In this document: in pieces, positions 49,574-61,965 of the stretch | Numbering within the stretch: position 1 is the stretch's first letter | Layout: each line of letters begins with the position of its first letter | Assembly: GCA_965644295.1 (NCBI GenBank) | Contig: CBFFRP010000041.1 | Span: forward strand, 124,001-188,000 | From: Paraphysomonas bandaiensis | Taxonomy: Eukaryota; Protista; Chrysophyceae | DNA length: 64,000 bases | Direction: 5' to 3' | The notes under the pieces: generated by a model | What the model saw: the letters and a program-made list of their open reading frames with translations, nothing else | Database searches by the model: none | What the model was told of the DNA's origin: nothing | Translations under genes and position numbers: made by a program

Positions 49574-50659
49574 ATGCGAGGATATCAAAGTGTATAAATT
49601 GCAGAGAACATTCAAACTTTGTCTTGTTGGATATAATTCGGAATGAATTTGTTATGTAATGATGTTATAATTATTTTATTTCTTGATATAATACCATCAT
49701 ATAGTTCGTATATGGACTATAATATTCATTCGCGGATTAACCAACCACTTCACATGACTATAACGTGAATTAGTAGAAAATCTTCTTTTCTTTGCATTCA
49801 GGTCAATATAGTTCGATATACACTATATCTTTTTCGCCATTAAGTCAGAATTTTGTTTGATAAGCGTTACTGTGAGAATGAGAATATTTAGTGCGTCTAC
49901 AGTAGTCGTCGCAGTGACAAGAGTATTAAGGTATTAACAACCATGATGCTATTGTGACAACAGGTACATGAATGTACTCTTCGTGTCCTCACAACAGTAT
50001 CGCTCTGTACTAGCCAGAGCATATTAGAAGCGCATAGTGTCAAGAGTGTAAAACTCGCATAAACAGACAAACACAACTTATTCTACATTCTATAGCAATT
50101 TATCTCTATTGGACAGCACGTGTTAAATCCAAGTCTTCTAAAGCTGTCAAATGCGTACAACTCTCTATTTATAGTATAAAATTTGAGTGACTCCTCAAAG
50201 GCTTTTGTCTGTGTACCTCATTCTAATACAAAGCACGTATTATATACTGAACCGAATGCTGCCATAACCTCTGGACAATATCTCGTTTTACTGTATGTCA
50301 CTGGATAAACAAACACATTCTTGGTCTTTATCTCAACTTGAAGACTATTCGATTAACTGCTTCTATCATATTCTTAGATATATAATCCCCTGTCGACAAG
50401 CTTTGTGTGTTGGAAGTCGAGCGTGTCCACCATATCATGCAAAGATGAGCGAGGATTGTGTCCAGTGTCCAACAAAGAGAAAAAACTGAATTTTTGTTGT
50501 CTGGTCAAGATCTCGATTGCCAAAAAAAAACAGAAGCAAGACACAGTGAAGTGAGCGATGAAATCTTATACAGCACATTCGCTCTTTGTGTTTTAACGTC
50601 AGCGAATTTATTGAAGTGTCTGTAGTCTACACTATCACTCACAGTCCTCCTCATCCATC

Positions 50660-51898
50660 ATGCTAAAGAACACCCTATTTGTGTCCGGACTTGTAGCGTC
50701 TGCCGCACTGCTGTACTCCGATGATACACAGACACAAGAGTTTATGTGGAATTCGTTTGTAAAGGAGTACAGGAAGACGTACAGCAGTACGGAGGAAGAA
50801 GCCTCTCGATTCAATATATTCTTATGTAATGCTACTGCTGTGTCATATGCTCATATTAATAGACATGATACACAGCTAATCTGAAGGTTATTGACGAGAG
50901 AAATGAGAATGAAAGAAATGCTAATGGCAGTGCTACACACGGCATGTAAGTGATGTCTATCTATTCGTATATCTGTCTATCGATCGATGTGTACGTCTAT
51001 CTGTCTTATGTTTTATATTACAGCACTATCTTCTCGGATCTCACTCAAGAAGAGTTCAGCAATGGATATCTTGGATCTAAGCGCGGCAGCGCCCCGAAAT
51101 CGGACATCAAGAAGGTTGTTACCTCAGTGGAGGCCGCTAAGGGAGATAATGTGGACTGGACGGGAGTCTATACGGTACGTACATACCCCATCTTAGTTTA
51201 TCTATCTAATATGCCTACTCTTGTTGTTATTTTGTAGACACCAGTGAAGGATCAGGGTACGGACTCTTTGTATTGATGATGTTCTGTGTGATAGTATGTG
51301 AACAGGCTACTGTGGCTCATGCTGGGCCTTTTCTGCCACTGAACAGCTGGAGTCTGACTCAATGAGAGTGCTAGGTACTTCCTACATTTTGTCCGCTGAA
51401 CAAACTACCCAGTGTACCAATTATGTGATTGGTGGTGGGTGTGGAGGTGGATTTACGGAAAGTGCCTACAACTACATGAAGAGCACTGGCGGACTTGTTC
51501 AGGACTCCGACTACCCATACACCAAAAAGACTTATGAGGGAATCACTGGGGCTTGTGAGGTGGACACCTCTCTGGATGTTGTCTCGATCACTGGATACAC
51601 CCAAATTAAGGGGGAAACCAACATGGCGAACTACATGCTGGCCACAGGACCTCTTTCTGTCTGTGTTGCTGCAGAAGTGTGGAATTCGTATACTGGTGGG
51701 ATCATGTCTGTCTGCCCCGGTGGTGTGGATCACTGTGTTCAAGCTGTGGGAGTTAACACTGGCGCTAATGGGTACTGGAAGGTGCGCAACTCTTGGGGTA
51801 CTCGATGGGGTGAGAGTGGGTATATCCGTCTGGCCTATGGCCAAAACACCTGCGACATTACGGATGATGCGACCTACGTGGATCCTGTGATGGCTTAA
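50660..51898 (+). CDS. Papain-family (C1A) cysteine protease with I29 propeptide, 5 exons
   Basis: ERFNIN-like propeptide, FSDLT.EEF, spliced DQGYCGSCWAF, DHCVQAVG, RNSWG. Confidence 0.93.
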
Positions 51899-52291
51899 TA
51901 TGGCAGTATTTATACTGTATACTGACACTAGTAGGCGCTACTACATGCTGAACGTGATACGGATAAATTATTTGATTGCAAACGGTGTTGAATATGTAGC
52001 ATTGGGCTATATCTTGAACCACTGCTCTAATAATAATGCAATGTCTAGTTTTGCAACGTTATGTTGTGATGTAGACATCATCTTCAAAGATAAAACTTTA
52101 GTTGTTACTTGCTGAAAGACGTTCACGTGGACGGTGTTGTAAAAGATATATGGTTTCGCCAAAAGTATTTAGTCATCATAGACGCTACCTTCTGCAAAGG
52201 CTCTGCCCAAAACACGACTCAATGAGGTACAGTATTTCCAAAACATCATATATCTTTGAAAGGGTTCCAATGTAGGACTGAACTATCTTGG

Positions 52292-52639
52292 AGATACTGG
52301 CGATTCTAATGACGAAGTGATTTAGAGGAGCCCGTTTTCACGCATCCTAAGAAAAAACGGGGATTTCAGTGGCACAGAATTGAGCTATCAGGAAATAACG
52401 CTATCGAATGTTTTGTAAGAGGCCACAGCTGGTACAGTCCTAGCATAGTGCTCACACTCACTCACTTCCGCACGACTCCATTTCTAAGGGGACTGTACCA
52501 GCTGTGGCCTCTTACAAAACATTCGATAGCGTTTTTTCCCGATAGCTCAATTCTGTGCCACTGAAATCCCCGTTTTTTCTTAGGAGGCATGAAAACGGGC
52601 TCCTCAAAATCACTTTCGTCATCAGAATCGCCAGTATCT
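52292..52639. repeat. ~150-bp inverted repeat with 49-nt spacer
   Basis: 52292-52440 is the reverse complement of 52490-52639 apart from a few mismatches and indels. Confidence 0.95.
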
Positions 52640-53740
52640 TCTTCGTCTGAACATAAAAATGGTCGTTTTTCCAAGGAACTTGGGTGATCTGACAATGTAT
52701 CTGGAGTTCTGTTAACAACCTCGTTGATCAACTCTTCTTCTTCCGCAGGCTGTGACAACTGACTGGTGGACGCCATGAGTATTAAGCTATTACTATAAAA
52801 TATGATATAAGCTACACTCCTTCAAGTAGCTTATAATAATGTATACTTCTTATTGATGTTGGTAGGTGTGTTTAGATGCTCTCCGAGCCAGTAAGTATTC
52901 CTATGGTGGGGAGCAAGTATCTTGGACAGGCAGAATCTTTCAGCTACGATATATCGAACGAACTGTAAATCCTTTCAAGATGCGTTTTGGTTTCGTAACC
53001 AATCATTTGAGTATGTTGTTTTGTGTGTGAGGTCGGTGCATGGTGCATGTTGTTGTCATATCTGTGCATTGTAATTGATATAAATATAAGTGACACTGAT
53101 AACCCCCCAGACGGCAAGATTTCATGACGTTTGGTTAGAAGGGAACTTGAAGAAATATATGGATATTCTGTTCAGAGAACGAAGAAGAGATTAATCCTGT
53201 TTATGCTACTTGAGCGGTGGAGTTCTGTCTATGCTACTATGAAATATCTCATTTTCTATACTCTAACTCTGCTTTGACCTGATCTATGCTGCGTTGGCTT
53301 TTACTTTACCTGCTGTGTGACTTCATCGTTCTTTATATCCGTAGTTATATGCGAGTACATTTTATGACTAGGTTTATAACTAAAAATGACTAGGTTGAAT
53401 CATTTATTACTTTGACTAGAGGTCATTCCACCAAAAATAGTGTGACTAGGTAATTCAACCAATTTGACTAGATTGAATAATTTTTCCCATCTTTATATAC
53501 TGCTCACTGCTGTATATATTATATATGAAATATGTATGTCCTATATCGCTATATCGCTATATCCTATATCGTACTACACTCATCTTATATTACATAATAA
53601 CGACATAAATGTAATATATACAGCCGGTGTCATTTTTAAATCTACTAAACTAAGAAGTAACATTAGTTTCTACTAAGTTTTGCGGATGTTCGTAGTTCCT
53701 ACTAAACTAGAAATGGCAGTTGAGCCGAATGCAGAACTAA

Positions 53741-53935
53741 GCTTAGTAATAGTAAGATGAAAGTTGTGATTTTTAGAGTGCAAAGTGATGAACACGGTAA
53801 TGTAGAAATGTGAATAACAATGCAGAACATAACTATTACACACAACGGAATAGTTAGAATTTAGAATAACTGACAATGACGATTGTTATGATGACTATCA
53901 TATATCTTATGTCGAATCAGTGTATCTCCAATTGG
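53741..53935 (-). mobile_element. Diverged LTR relic related to the Copia LTR
   Basis: Shares collinear blocks GTTGTGAT..TTAGAGTG, ATGAACACG, TGAATAACAAT, CACAACGGAATAGTTAGAA and GTTATGATGAC.ATCA with the LTRs. Confidence 0.8.
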
Positions 53936-54097
53936 TGTATATATGATATCGATGACACATTCAAGAAAAAAAGCGGAAGATATACATAGCATATAGTATC
54001 TAGTATATAAGCGAAGCAAAGATTCCTAGTATATGAATATATTATATCTTAACCGTATAAACGCACGCTATATGAACCACGAGAACCAGACACAAAA

Positions 54098-57000
54098 CTA
54101 CAACATCCCCATCATGTCAACATCTTCATTTACGCCCGCCATGTAAGGATCTTGTATTAGATCAAGAGTCGGCTGCGTTTAGGAAAATGTCATCAACAAC
54201 TAATACTGATATTTAATGACAGCCCACCTTTAAAATTGCCGCTTGTTTGTGGTCTAAGTCAATTGCAGAATTGAAATTTCTCAATGCATCATCCTTCCAA
54301 CCCAGCTTGTAACACACCTAATCAGAAACAACATGTTTACAAGTGCACAATGCCGCCCATGTAACAGTGAAACACACCTGGCCCATCAGTGCATAGACAG
54401 CAGGTTCCTTCGGTGCAAACTCTTTCACGACCTACCCACGAGCACTGTTATATGAAGCCTCTAATAACAGTTCAAACATACCTTGAGGGCATTTACTGCT
54501 TCCTGGAGACAACGATGTGATCCGTTGGACAGCAACACATGTGCCAGTTGAAAGTAGACCTGCAATACACAATCTAATTAACTTCTCACACAATGCACCC
54601 TCTTTTCTACCTGAGGGTTTCTATTGTCTGCACGGCAGGCTTTGCTCAAAAGATCAATTGACTCCAGGTTCTTTTCCATTCTACAATACCCATCGGAGTT
54701 ATCAACCATGCACACACGAAAGATGCGTATCACCTATTGTGTGAGTTCAGTACCATTCCCAAGTAGCACTGTAATACTGAGCTCGTTGGGTTGATATCTA
54801 CAGCCCGCCGGAAATGATACTCCGCTAATTCAAGCCGCTCCTGACGGAAATATATCGTCCCTATGGTAAGAAATTAGCTATAATATTTACAATTTAACCA
54901 TTTAATTTGCTTTACCTAAACCGTACCACGCGTTATAATGCCTGTCGTCATAATATACAGCTTTTCTGAAAGCCTCCATAGCTTTGTCTAAATCCTCATT
55001 GCAGACGTATTCATGGCCGTTTAGAGTGTGTGCATATGTGAATGATTTATCGAGCTGAATGGCACGATCAAAAAATTTAATTGCAGCTTCATGCTCTCGT
55101 TGTAGTGAAAAGCAATTGCCAACAACACACCATGTTTCAGGGCTTAATTTGTCTATCTCTGCGACCTATATCAACAACAACATCACTACGAAGTAAACAC
55201 TACGGATAGATAATACCTGTTGTGCGAGGGAGCACAGCTCTTTGTCGCGTTTTAAATGCCACAATGCAGTCGACAATATCTCAGTCCCAGCTACTCGGAA
55301 GGGTTCCAGTCGAAGCATTTCACGAAGTGCAAGTTGAGAAGCCTAACAATCAAGTAAGAAAACCCAACAACGACTTGGTGCCACACAAACAATTTGTTCA
55401 TACACCATTCATTCAGATACCTTGTAATCGTTCAACTCAAAATAAGCTTTTCCCAACGCATGCTGTACCCAACCGCTACTATAATGTCTTCTAGGAAGTT
55501 GCTGGAGGTGTCGAATACAATCCATACATTTAAATGCACACAACAGCCGATACGCATGTCCAAACACAGCAAGGTAACTTAGAACAACATTTGTGCCAGA
55601 TTTGTATAACTCTCTGGCTTCGTTAATGGCATTCTCCTCCAGGATGGCTTGATGCGATGACTGGACAGGCTCGTTGGCTGCTGTGCCTGTTCCTCTGCTC
55701 TTCCGGGCAGTGCCCTTTGTGCCACTTGCAGAGGTAGATGCAGCAGTGGAAGCATCTTTATCCCGTGATCTAGTTCTTGGGGGCGACAGTTGTGACTTAC
55801 GAGTACTTGGAGGAGAGTGAGGTAGATCCCCCTGAAGTGAATCTTTCGTCACGTTGCCCCTCTCTCCCAAACTCGCTCGTGGAATGCGACTGCGGGTAAC
55901 AGGTCTATCCCTCTGCTGTGCTTCACCTCTAGAGGTACGACTTGGGCTGACAGGTGTACGAGAGTGTGTTGGTGCCCCATCACGGGAGTCTAGTGACAAC
56001 CTCGTCTTCTGTAACTTGGGAGGAGGGTCGTCGGACCCAAACGAATCTACCGCTTCCTCATCACTGATATCGTGTTCAGTTTGCTCCAACGGCTCCTCCT
56101 CTTCAGCAATGCACGTAGAGGCAAACGACAGCCGGGAATTGACCACCGTGGGACCGAAGGAAACTCTCCGGCGAGCAGCATCCATAGCCATATGATAGCC
56201 TTCGCCATCTTCACCGTGTGTGTGGATATAAGAGCTTCCTGCACTTAGTCGACGGGATGCGATTGGTGTCAATCCTGGTGTGTCAAATCCCAATCCAGGG
56301 GCATGATTAGTACTGAGCGGTTCCATGGAACTTCCAATGCCACTATCCGGGGTGCCAAACAGCCTCCCGGCTGCAACAGGCCCTGTGGAGAGCGGAAAGC
56401 CTGTCCTACAACTGGCACCTCCCATAGCACTCAGAGGTGGTTGTTGCCCATGAGACACTGCCGAAGAAGGGCGTAACATTGACGTTGAAAGGAGAGACAT
56501 TTGACGAAGGCCAGATAGAGCCGAAGTGTGCGGCATAGATCCTGGCGTGGCAAATCCTACCCTAAGGGCTAATGAAGACAGGCCTAACATCGTACATGAA
56601 AAGAGAATAAACAGCACAAACATTCTACCTAACGACGCAGCGGTATGCGGTGAATTTCGTGTATCATGGATATTCTCTGCCATTCGCCGCCGCTCCATAT
56701 CATTCCCCTTGGTTGAGTGAGTTGTTGGCCCTTGAGCGGTGGAAGCTAAAGACACCGGTGGCTGAGAGGCCCTGACTTCCCCGAAAGCATCTTTCAGGGG
56801 TACACCAAATACTTTTTCTGCGTCTACTTCTACTCCCATCTCGCACAACTCAGTGTAAGCACACCAACACATCTGGTCCAACTGAGCAAAAACATTATTG
56901 AATTTACATGAAGCAACGGGAGAAATACCTTCAATGCTCTCGTGAAATAAGACACCGCATGATCTTTCCTTTGCTCACGTCTACAAACAAGTCCAAGCAA

Positions 57001-57351
57001 GTAAAGTCCTCCCGCTCCACCAGGTATACTAAGCGCTTGTTCTTCACTCAACTTATCTGGATGTACATTTCCAATTGGTATGAGAGCACGCTCTGCCTCT
57101 GAGTGCATATCGAGTGATATACATGACTTCGCAAACAGATAGCGATTAGGAGGGTATGTATCTTCTCGTAATAAATGATACACTTGTTTTATTTTCCCCA
57201 TCCCATAGTAGCATCTGGCTAATAGAAAGAGATGCTCTGGTAGGGGGTTGTTGTAATATAAACGCTCTGCATAAAACTTGGCATTATCGTATAGAAATAT
57301 AGAGATATACTGCTCGATGAGATCCCTCAGCACCACATCACACGCCTCCAT
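54098..57351 (-). CDS. CDC27: Anaphase-promoting complex subunit 3 (CDC27), multi-exon
   Basis: NAKFYAERL, NRYLFAKSC..L...EAE..L, WCAYTELC, disordered linker, GWV...LGKAYFE..DY, and TPR exons (PETWCVVGNCFSLQREHE, HYNAWYGLG). Confidence 0.92.
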
Positions 57352-57778
57352 GATATACAGACACAGTCACAGACACAGTGTAGTGTAGTTTAAATGATAT
57401 GAATGAGGTGTGCGGTGCACCTTCTCATTCAGTTAATAGCAACACTAACAACTACAAACCTCCATATATATGTATATATACAGTACCTCTACACACATAT
57501 ACATACATACATACACTCCTACTGCCTCTATGTGAGTATTCAAATATTGGGGGTAAAAAGCACGGTTTATAATATGGAGTATTTCGGTTTAGAGAAAAAA
57601 ACCAGTATTTATATATAAAAGAATGGTATTTTATACAAAACATGATATTTTCATCAGTAACTGTACTTGTGTCCATGCATATGTAACACCATCCACTCCA
57701 TCTCCTCCATATCACTGTCATGATGCAATAAACTGTCCATCTATGTCCTACTAAGCAATATAACTGTCGATCTATCGT

Positions 57779-60052
57779 ATGTTTTCGTTCGGGTTTGATA
57801 TAGATGGGACTGGATCGGCAGCTGTCTCCTCATGTGATGATAACCGCTCTAGTGGTACACTGCCATGGACTAACAGTCGAAAGCGAGGACAGACATCTGA
57901 TCATTACTCGCAAGCGAAACGTATGCATGAAGAAAGAACTTGGTCTGAGAAATGGTCTCATGCAGTGAACTTGCAAGCACCGAGTGTGGAAGGGCTGGTA
58001 CAGTATGTGTGGCACTTCGACATGATAAACGATGCTGCACGTAATGCTGCTTATGCCGGTGCCATTGAATCTGCCATATGTCGTGAACGTGAAAGGAAAG
58101 CAGGCGGTACTATTGATGAATGTACAGTACGTGATTGCGATGTGAGAGTGCTGGATATTGGCACTGGGACTGGCCTCTTGGCGTTACTAGCTGCAAGCAA
58201 GAAAGCTACTGCAGTTACTGCAATAGAGGTTGAAGCAGCTGTGGCTCGTTGTGCCAAACGCAACGTAGTAAAGAATGGTCATGAAGGCACAGTAGAAGTA
58301 CTTTGTGGACATTCCACAGCTATTGATTTAGGATCATCTGGGAAGTTCGATATCATAGTTGCCGAGTTGCTGGACAGTGGTCTGCTCGGTGAGGAATTTA
58401 TTTCCGTACTGCGAGATGCCTTATCTAGGAAATGGATTAAAAAATATCCTGAGAGCTGCATAATTCCCGCTACAGCTAGAGTATACGGCCAGCTGGTGGA
58501 GAGTGAATATTTACGCAGCATGGCTTACTTGAATGGAGCTTCTGATGGTCCGCTTCCATTCTCTCTTCCATCTGACCATCGGTCCACGGTAGACCGCCGA
58601 TCGCCTTACGATTGTAAGCTTTCTTCTCTGCTCGAATCAAATCAAGCAAGAACGCTCTCTGACCCTTTCTTGGCCTGGGATATAGATTTCGAAAATCTGC
58701 CTGAACCAGATGAGTGTAGTAGATCCATATCTGTGCGTGCGACAAGCAGTGGAAGAGTGGATGCGGTTGTGTTCTGGTGGGAGTGTCCATTAGATCGAGA
58801 ACGAAAGTTCGTTATTAACAATGCTCCTGCAGTGGAGGGGGCGTGTGGTCCTCACCAAGATCATTGGATGCAGGCTTGCACCGTCCTTCCGACGTGTTCT
58901 GTCATCGGGCCTGCTGGAGAGGATATCAGTGTGAGCGCACATCACGACGACACAACGATTTGGTTCGACATTGAGAGAGCCGACGAAGATGTAGTGAAAG
59001 CTTCTATTGAAAAGTCTCATAGCGGAATATACGATTTGTTCGACTCTGACCGCATTTGCCGGCTTAACTCTCCTGAATATGTGTCTTCAATACACGTCGC
59101 AGTGGCTTGTGCACTCAACACTCTGACTACAGATCACAGCTTGGTAGTGCATGTAGGGGATGGTCCTGTGCTGCCACTACTCTTAGCTGATGCTATGAAG
59201 TCCCAGAATAGATTTCATCGTATTATTAGTCTGGAAGGGAGCGAAGACGCTCAAATGATAAGTACACAGTGTTATGCTATCAATGATGCACTGCCTCTTA
59301 TTTCGAGCACCACTTGTGAACCCGAGTGGTCCCTGTCGGAAAACTCTGTAGGTCTTGTTTGTGCGGAACCTTTTTTTGAACCAGATCTTTTCTCTAAGAC
59401 TTGGGGAGGGTTGTCTCTTCTGCGCTACTGGCTTAGTATTGAGGCTCTGGCACCGTATCTCCGAGAGGACACTAAACTGCTACCTTCAGCAGCCCGGTTG
59501 CGGGTTATGTTAATTGAGTGTGATGCCCTGTGGAATGCACGTAAGCCCTGCGAAGCCTCTGTAGAAGGTCTTGACCTTACGGCTATTAACTCTTTGCACT
59601 CATTTGAAAAAGTTGATACTTTGCAGTTGTGCAAATATGAACATAAGTCTCTGAGTGACCCAACAAACACACTGACTATGAACTTCTGGTCCAATCCTTG
59701 TACAGCAGTTGCAGAGGAATCATTTGATGTCATTGTTAAAAATTCTGGTGTGTGTCATGCTGTTGTTATGTGGATAGACTACAGCAGTAAAAGTAGGTCA
59801 AAAGATGACGTTCTAGAAAGTGGCAGTGATAATTTCTTGTCGTCCTGGAGCTGTTGTGATGACGAAACAATGGGTGGACATAATTCGACGTGGTGTTACA
59901 GTGGTATGGCGCCAACGAAGCGTTTCGTACCTCAATTTCAGGGAATAAGATATTTAGTTGAACCCATGAAAGTGAGTGCTGGAGACAATGTGACCATTGA
60001 AACCAAATTAGACGTCTTGGATGCAGTTATAACAGCTAGGGTTTGTGAGTAA
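57779..60052 (+). CDS. PRMT7: Protein arginine N-methyltransferase 7-like
   Basis: DMINDAARNAAY, VLDIGTGTGLL, AELLDSGLLGE, VVFWW, DHWMQ, plus a second degenerate MTase module (AEPFF, HAVVMWIDY). Confidence 0.85.
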   Translation: MFSFGFDIDGTGSAAVSSCDDNRSSGTLPWTNSRKRGQTSDHYSQAKRMHEERTWSEKWSHAVNLQAPSVEGLVQYVWHFDMINDAARNAAYAGAIESAICRERERKAGGTIDECTVRDCDVRVLDIGTGTGLLALLAASKKATAVTAIEVEAAVARCAKRNVVKNGHEGTVEVLCGHSTAIDLGSSGKFDIIVAELLDSGLLGEEFISVLRDALSRKWIKKYPESCIIPATARVYGQLVESEYLRSMAYLNGASDGPLPFSLPSDHRSTVDRRSPYDCKLSSLLESNQARTLSDPFLAWDIDFENLPEPDECSRSISVRATSSGRVDAVVFWWECPLDRERKFVINNAPAVEGACGPHQDHWMQACTVLPTCSVIGPAGEDISVSAHHDDTTIWFDIERADEDVVKASIEKSHSGIYDLFDSDRICRLNSPEYVSSIHVAVACALNTLTTDHSLVVHVGDGPVLPLLLADAMKSQNRFHRIISLEGSEDAQMISTQCYAINDALPLISSTTCEPEWSLSENSVGLVCAEPFFEPDLFSKTWGGLSLLRYWLSIEALAPYLREDTKLLPSAARLRVMLIECDALWNARKPCEASVEGLDLTAINSLHSFEKVDTLQLCKYEHKSLSDPTNTLTMNFWSNPCTAVAEESFDVIVKNSGVCHAVVMWIDYSSKSRSKDDVLESGSDNFLSSWSCCDDETMGGHNSTWCYSGMAPTKRFVPQFQGIRYLVEPMKVSAGDNVTIETKLDVLDAVITARVCE

Positions 60053-60547
60053 ATTTGTGTATATCTTTCTGGTATTGTATGTTAAGAATAGTACCCAGAT
60101 GTTTCAGATATAAATGTATAGCATAAAAATATATTTTGTAATAGAAGAATATGAAGTCATAACGCTTAACCTTACCTCTGATAATTAATAGTTATCTAGT
60201 TTTATCATCTAGTAATTCCATCTAATCAATTGTACGAGTGCTACAATCTGTAGTGGAAAGTCTATAGTTGTAGATAAAACATATAACCAAAAAAGCACAA
60301 TATGTGTTGATGAAAATCAGATTGGATGTAGTTCAAGCAACCATATATTTTTCACTAACAATCCATATCCAGCTATTGCATTATGCAGGCTGAGGTATAA
60401 CGCTAGATTAGACAGAGTCGCTGAAAACTATAAATATTATTATAGGTCACATCCAGTGTCACATGACGAACATAGACGACACGTCAGGAAATATCCACTA
60501 TCCAACTACACTAAATATATGAATTAAGCAATAACATTCAAAATAAC

Positions 60548-61277
60548 TTATTTGTCGTTAGGGAGTGGAGGAATATCTTCGAATCTAGCTGGGCAATTGT
60601 CGTAGAAATTTCGGACATAGTCCTTCTCACCTTCAGCGACAAGTCCTTCCAATTCAGTGATAATATCTCCCGTGGTGTTATTGTCGACACGTATATTCCA
60701 GGCTGGGTATGGTTGATCCCGTGAAGTTATAAGTATAGCAGCTGATTGCCCAGGCCCTCGTTTGTCGCCTCCAGCCCTTTCACCCGCTGCTAAAGCTTGG
60801 AACATTCTGCGGATGAGCGGAAGATGCGAATTCTCGTAGTAGCTATCCAGCATTGACGAGAGAACGTCAGGACCAGTCAACATATTACCAGATACAGAAA
60901 CATGTCCCCGAGAGAGTGAACCAGAATAAGGCTCAGTCGCGTCACCATTCCACTGAGCGACTTCACCCGCACTGCCGATACAGTGAACTTGTCTGGTAGA
61001 CTTTCTTATATCACGAGACATAACTGACTCTAATGCATCTGATGCACTCATACCACTCTCAAGACAATCCAAAACTGCATTACCAATCAACGGATTAGTC
61101 TCTGCTTGTGTCGCAACAGCCCCTATATTGCCGCGTATCCATGGCACTGATGTCCCCACAGCGAAGTGCTTTGTTATCACTGCGACTATACACACACTCA
61201 ACACATACACACCATCCCGTCCACTTACCAGCAAACGATCTTGTCGTATCGTCAAAAGCAACAATCGAAAAAGTCAT
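60548..61277 (-). CDS. DUF1028-family (Ntn-hydrolase-like) protein, 2 exons
   Basis: Splicing the 43-nt intron 61186-61228 gives MTFSIVAFD...AVAVITKHFAVGTSVPW...GAVATQA, then RQV, GNML, GGDKRG..QSAA, RVD. Confidence 0.9.
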
Positions 61278-61304
61278 AACCCAAAATAATACCACACCAA
61301 ACCC

Positions 61305-61852
61305 ATACATACATACATACATACATACATACATACATACATACATACATACATACATACATACATACATACATACATACATACATACATACATACATAC
61401 ATACATACATACATACATACATACATACATACATACATACATACATACATACATACATACATACATACATACATACATACATACATACATACATACATAC
61501 ATACATACATACATACATACATACATACATACATACATACATACATACATACATACATACATACATACATACATACATACATACATACATACATACATAC
61601 ATACATACATACATACATACATACATACATACATACATACATACATACATACATACATACATACATACATACATACATACATACATACATACATACATAC
61701 ATACATACATACATACATACATACATACATACATACATACATACATACATACATACATACATACATACATACATACATACATACATACATACATACATAC
61801 ATACATACATACATACATACATACATACATACATACATACATACATACATAC
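61305..61852. repeat. Pure (TACA)n/(TATG)n microsatellite, ~550 bp
   Basis: Directly visible. Confidence 0.98.
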
Positions 61853-61965
61853 ACACCGTATATCTTGGTGTTCTATTGGTCGGTCATGTTGCATTATACG
61901 CAAGATCGGAACATATATTGCTCTTCCATTCATTCAGGTCTATACACAGTATCCATCAGTTATCA

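Noticed and set aside
51371-51928. 185-aa antisense ORF over the protease, and similar short shadow ORFs elsewhere
   Set aside because: They overlap well-supported genes on the other strand or frame and show no motifs.
53365-53473. CRISPR-like repeat-spacer pattern
   Set aside because: The repeat is only 7-9 nt, spacing is irregular, there are no cas genes, and the context is eukaryotic.
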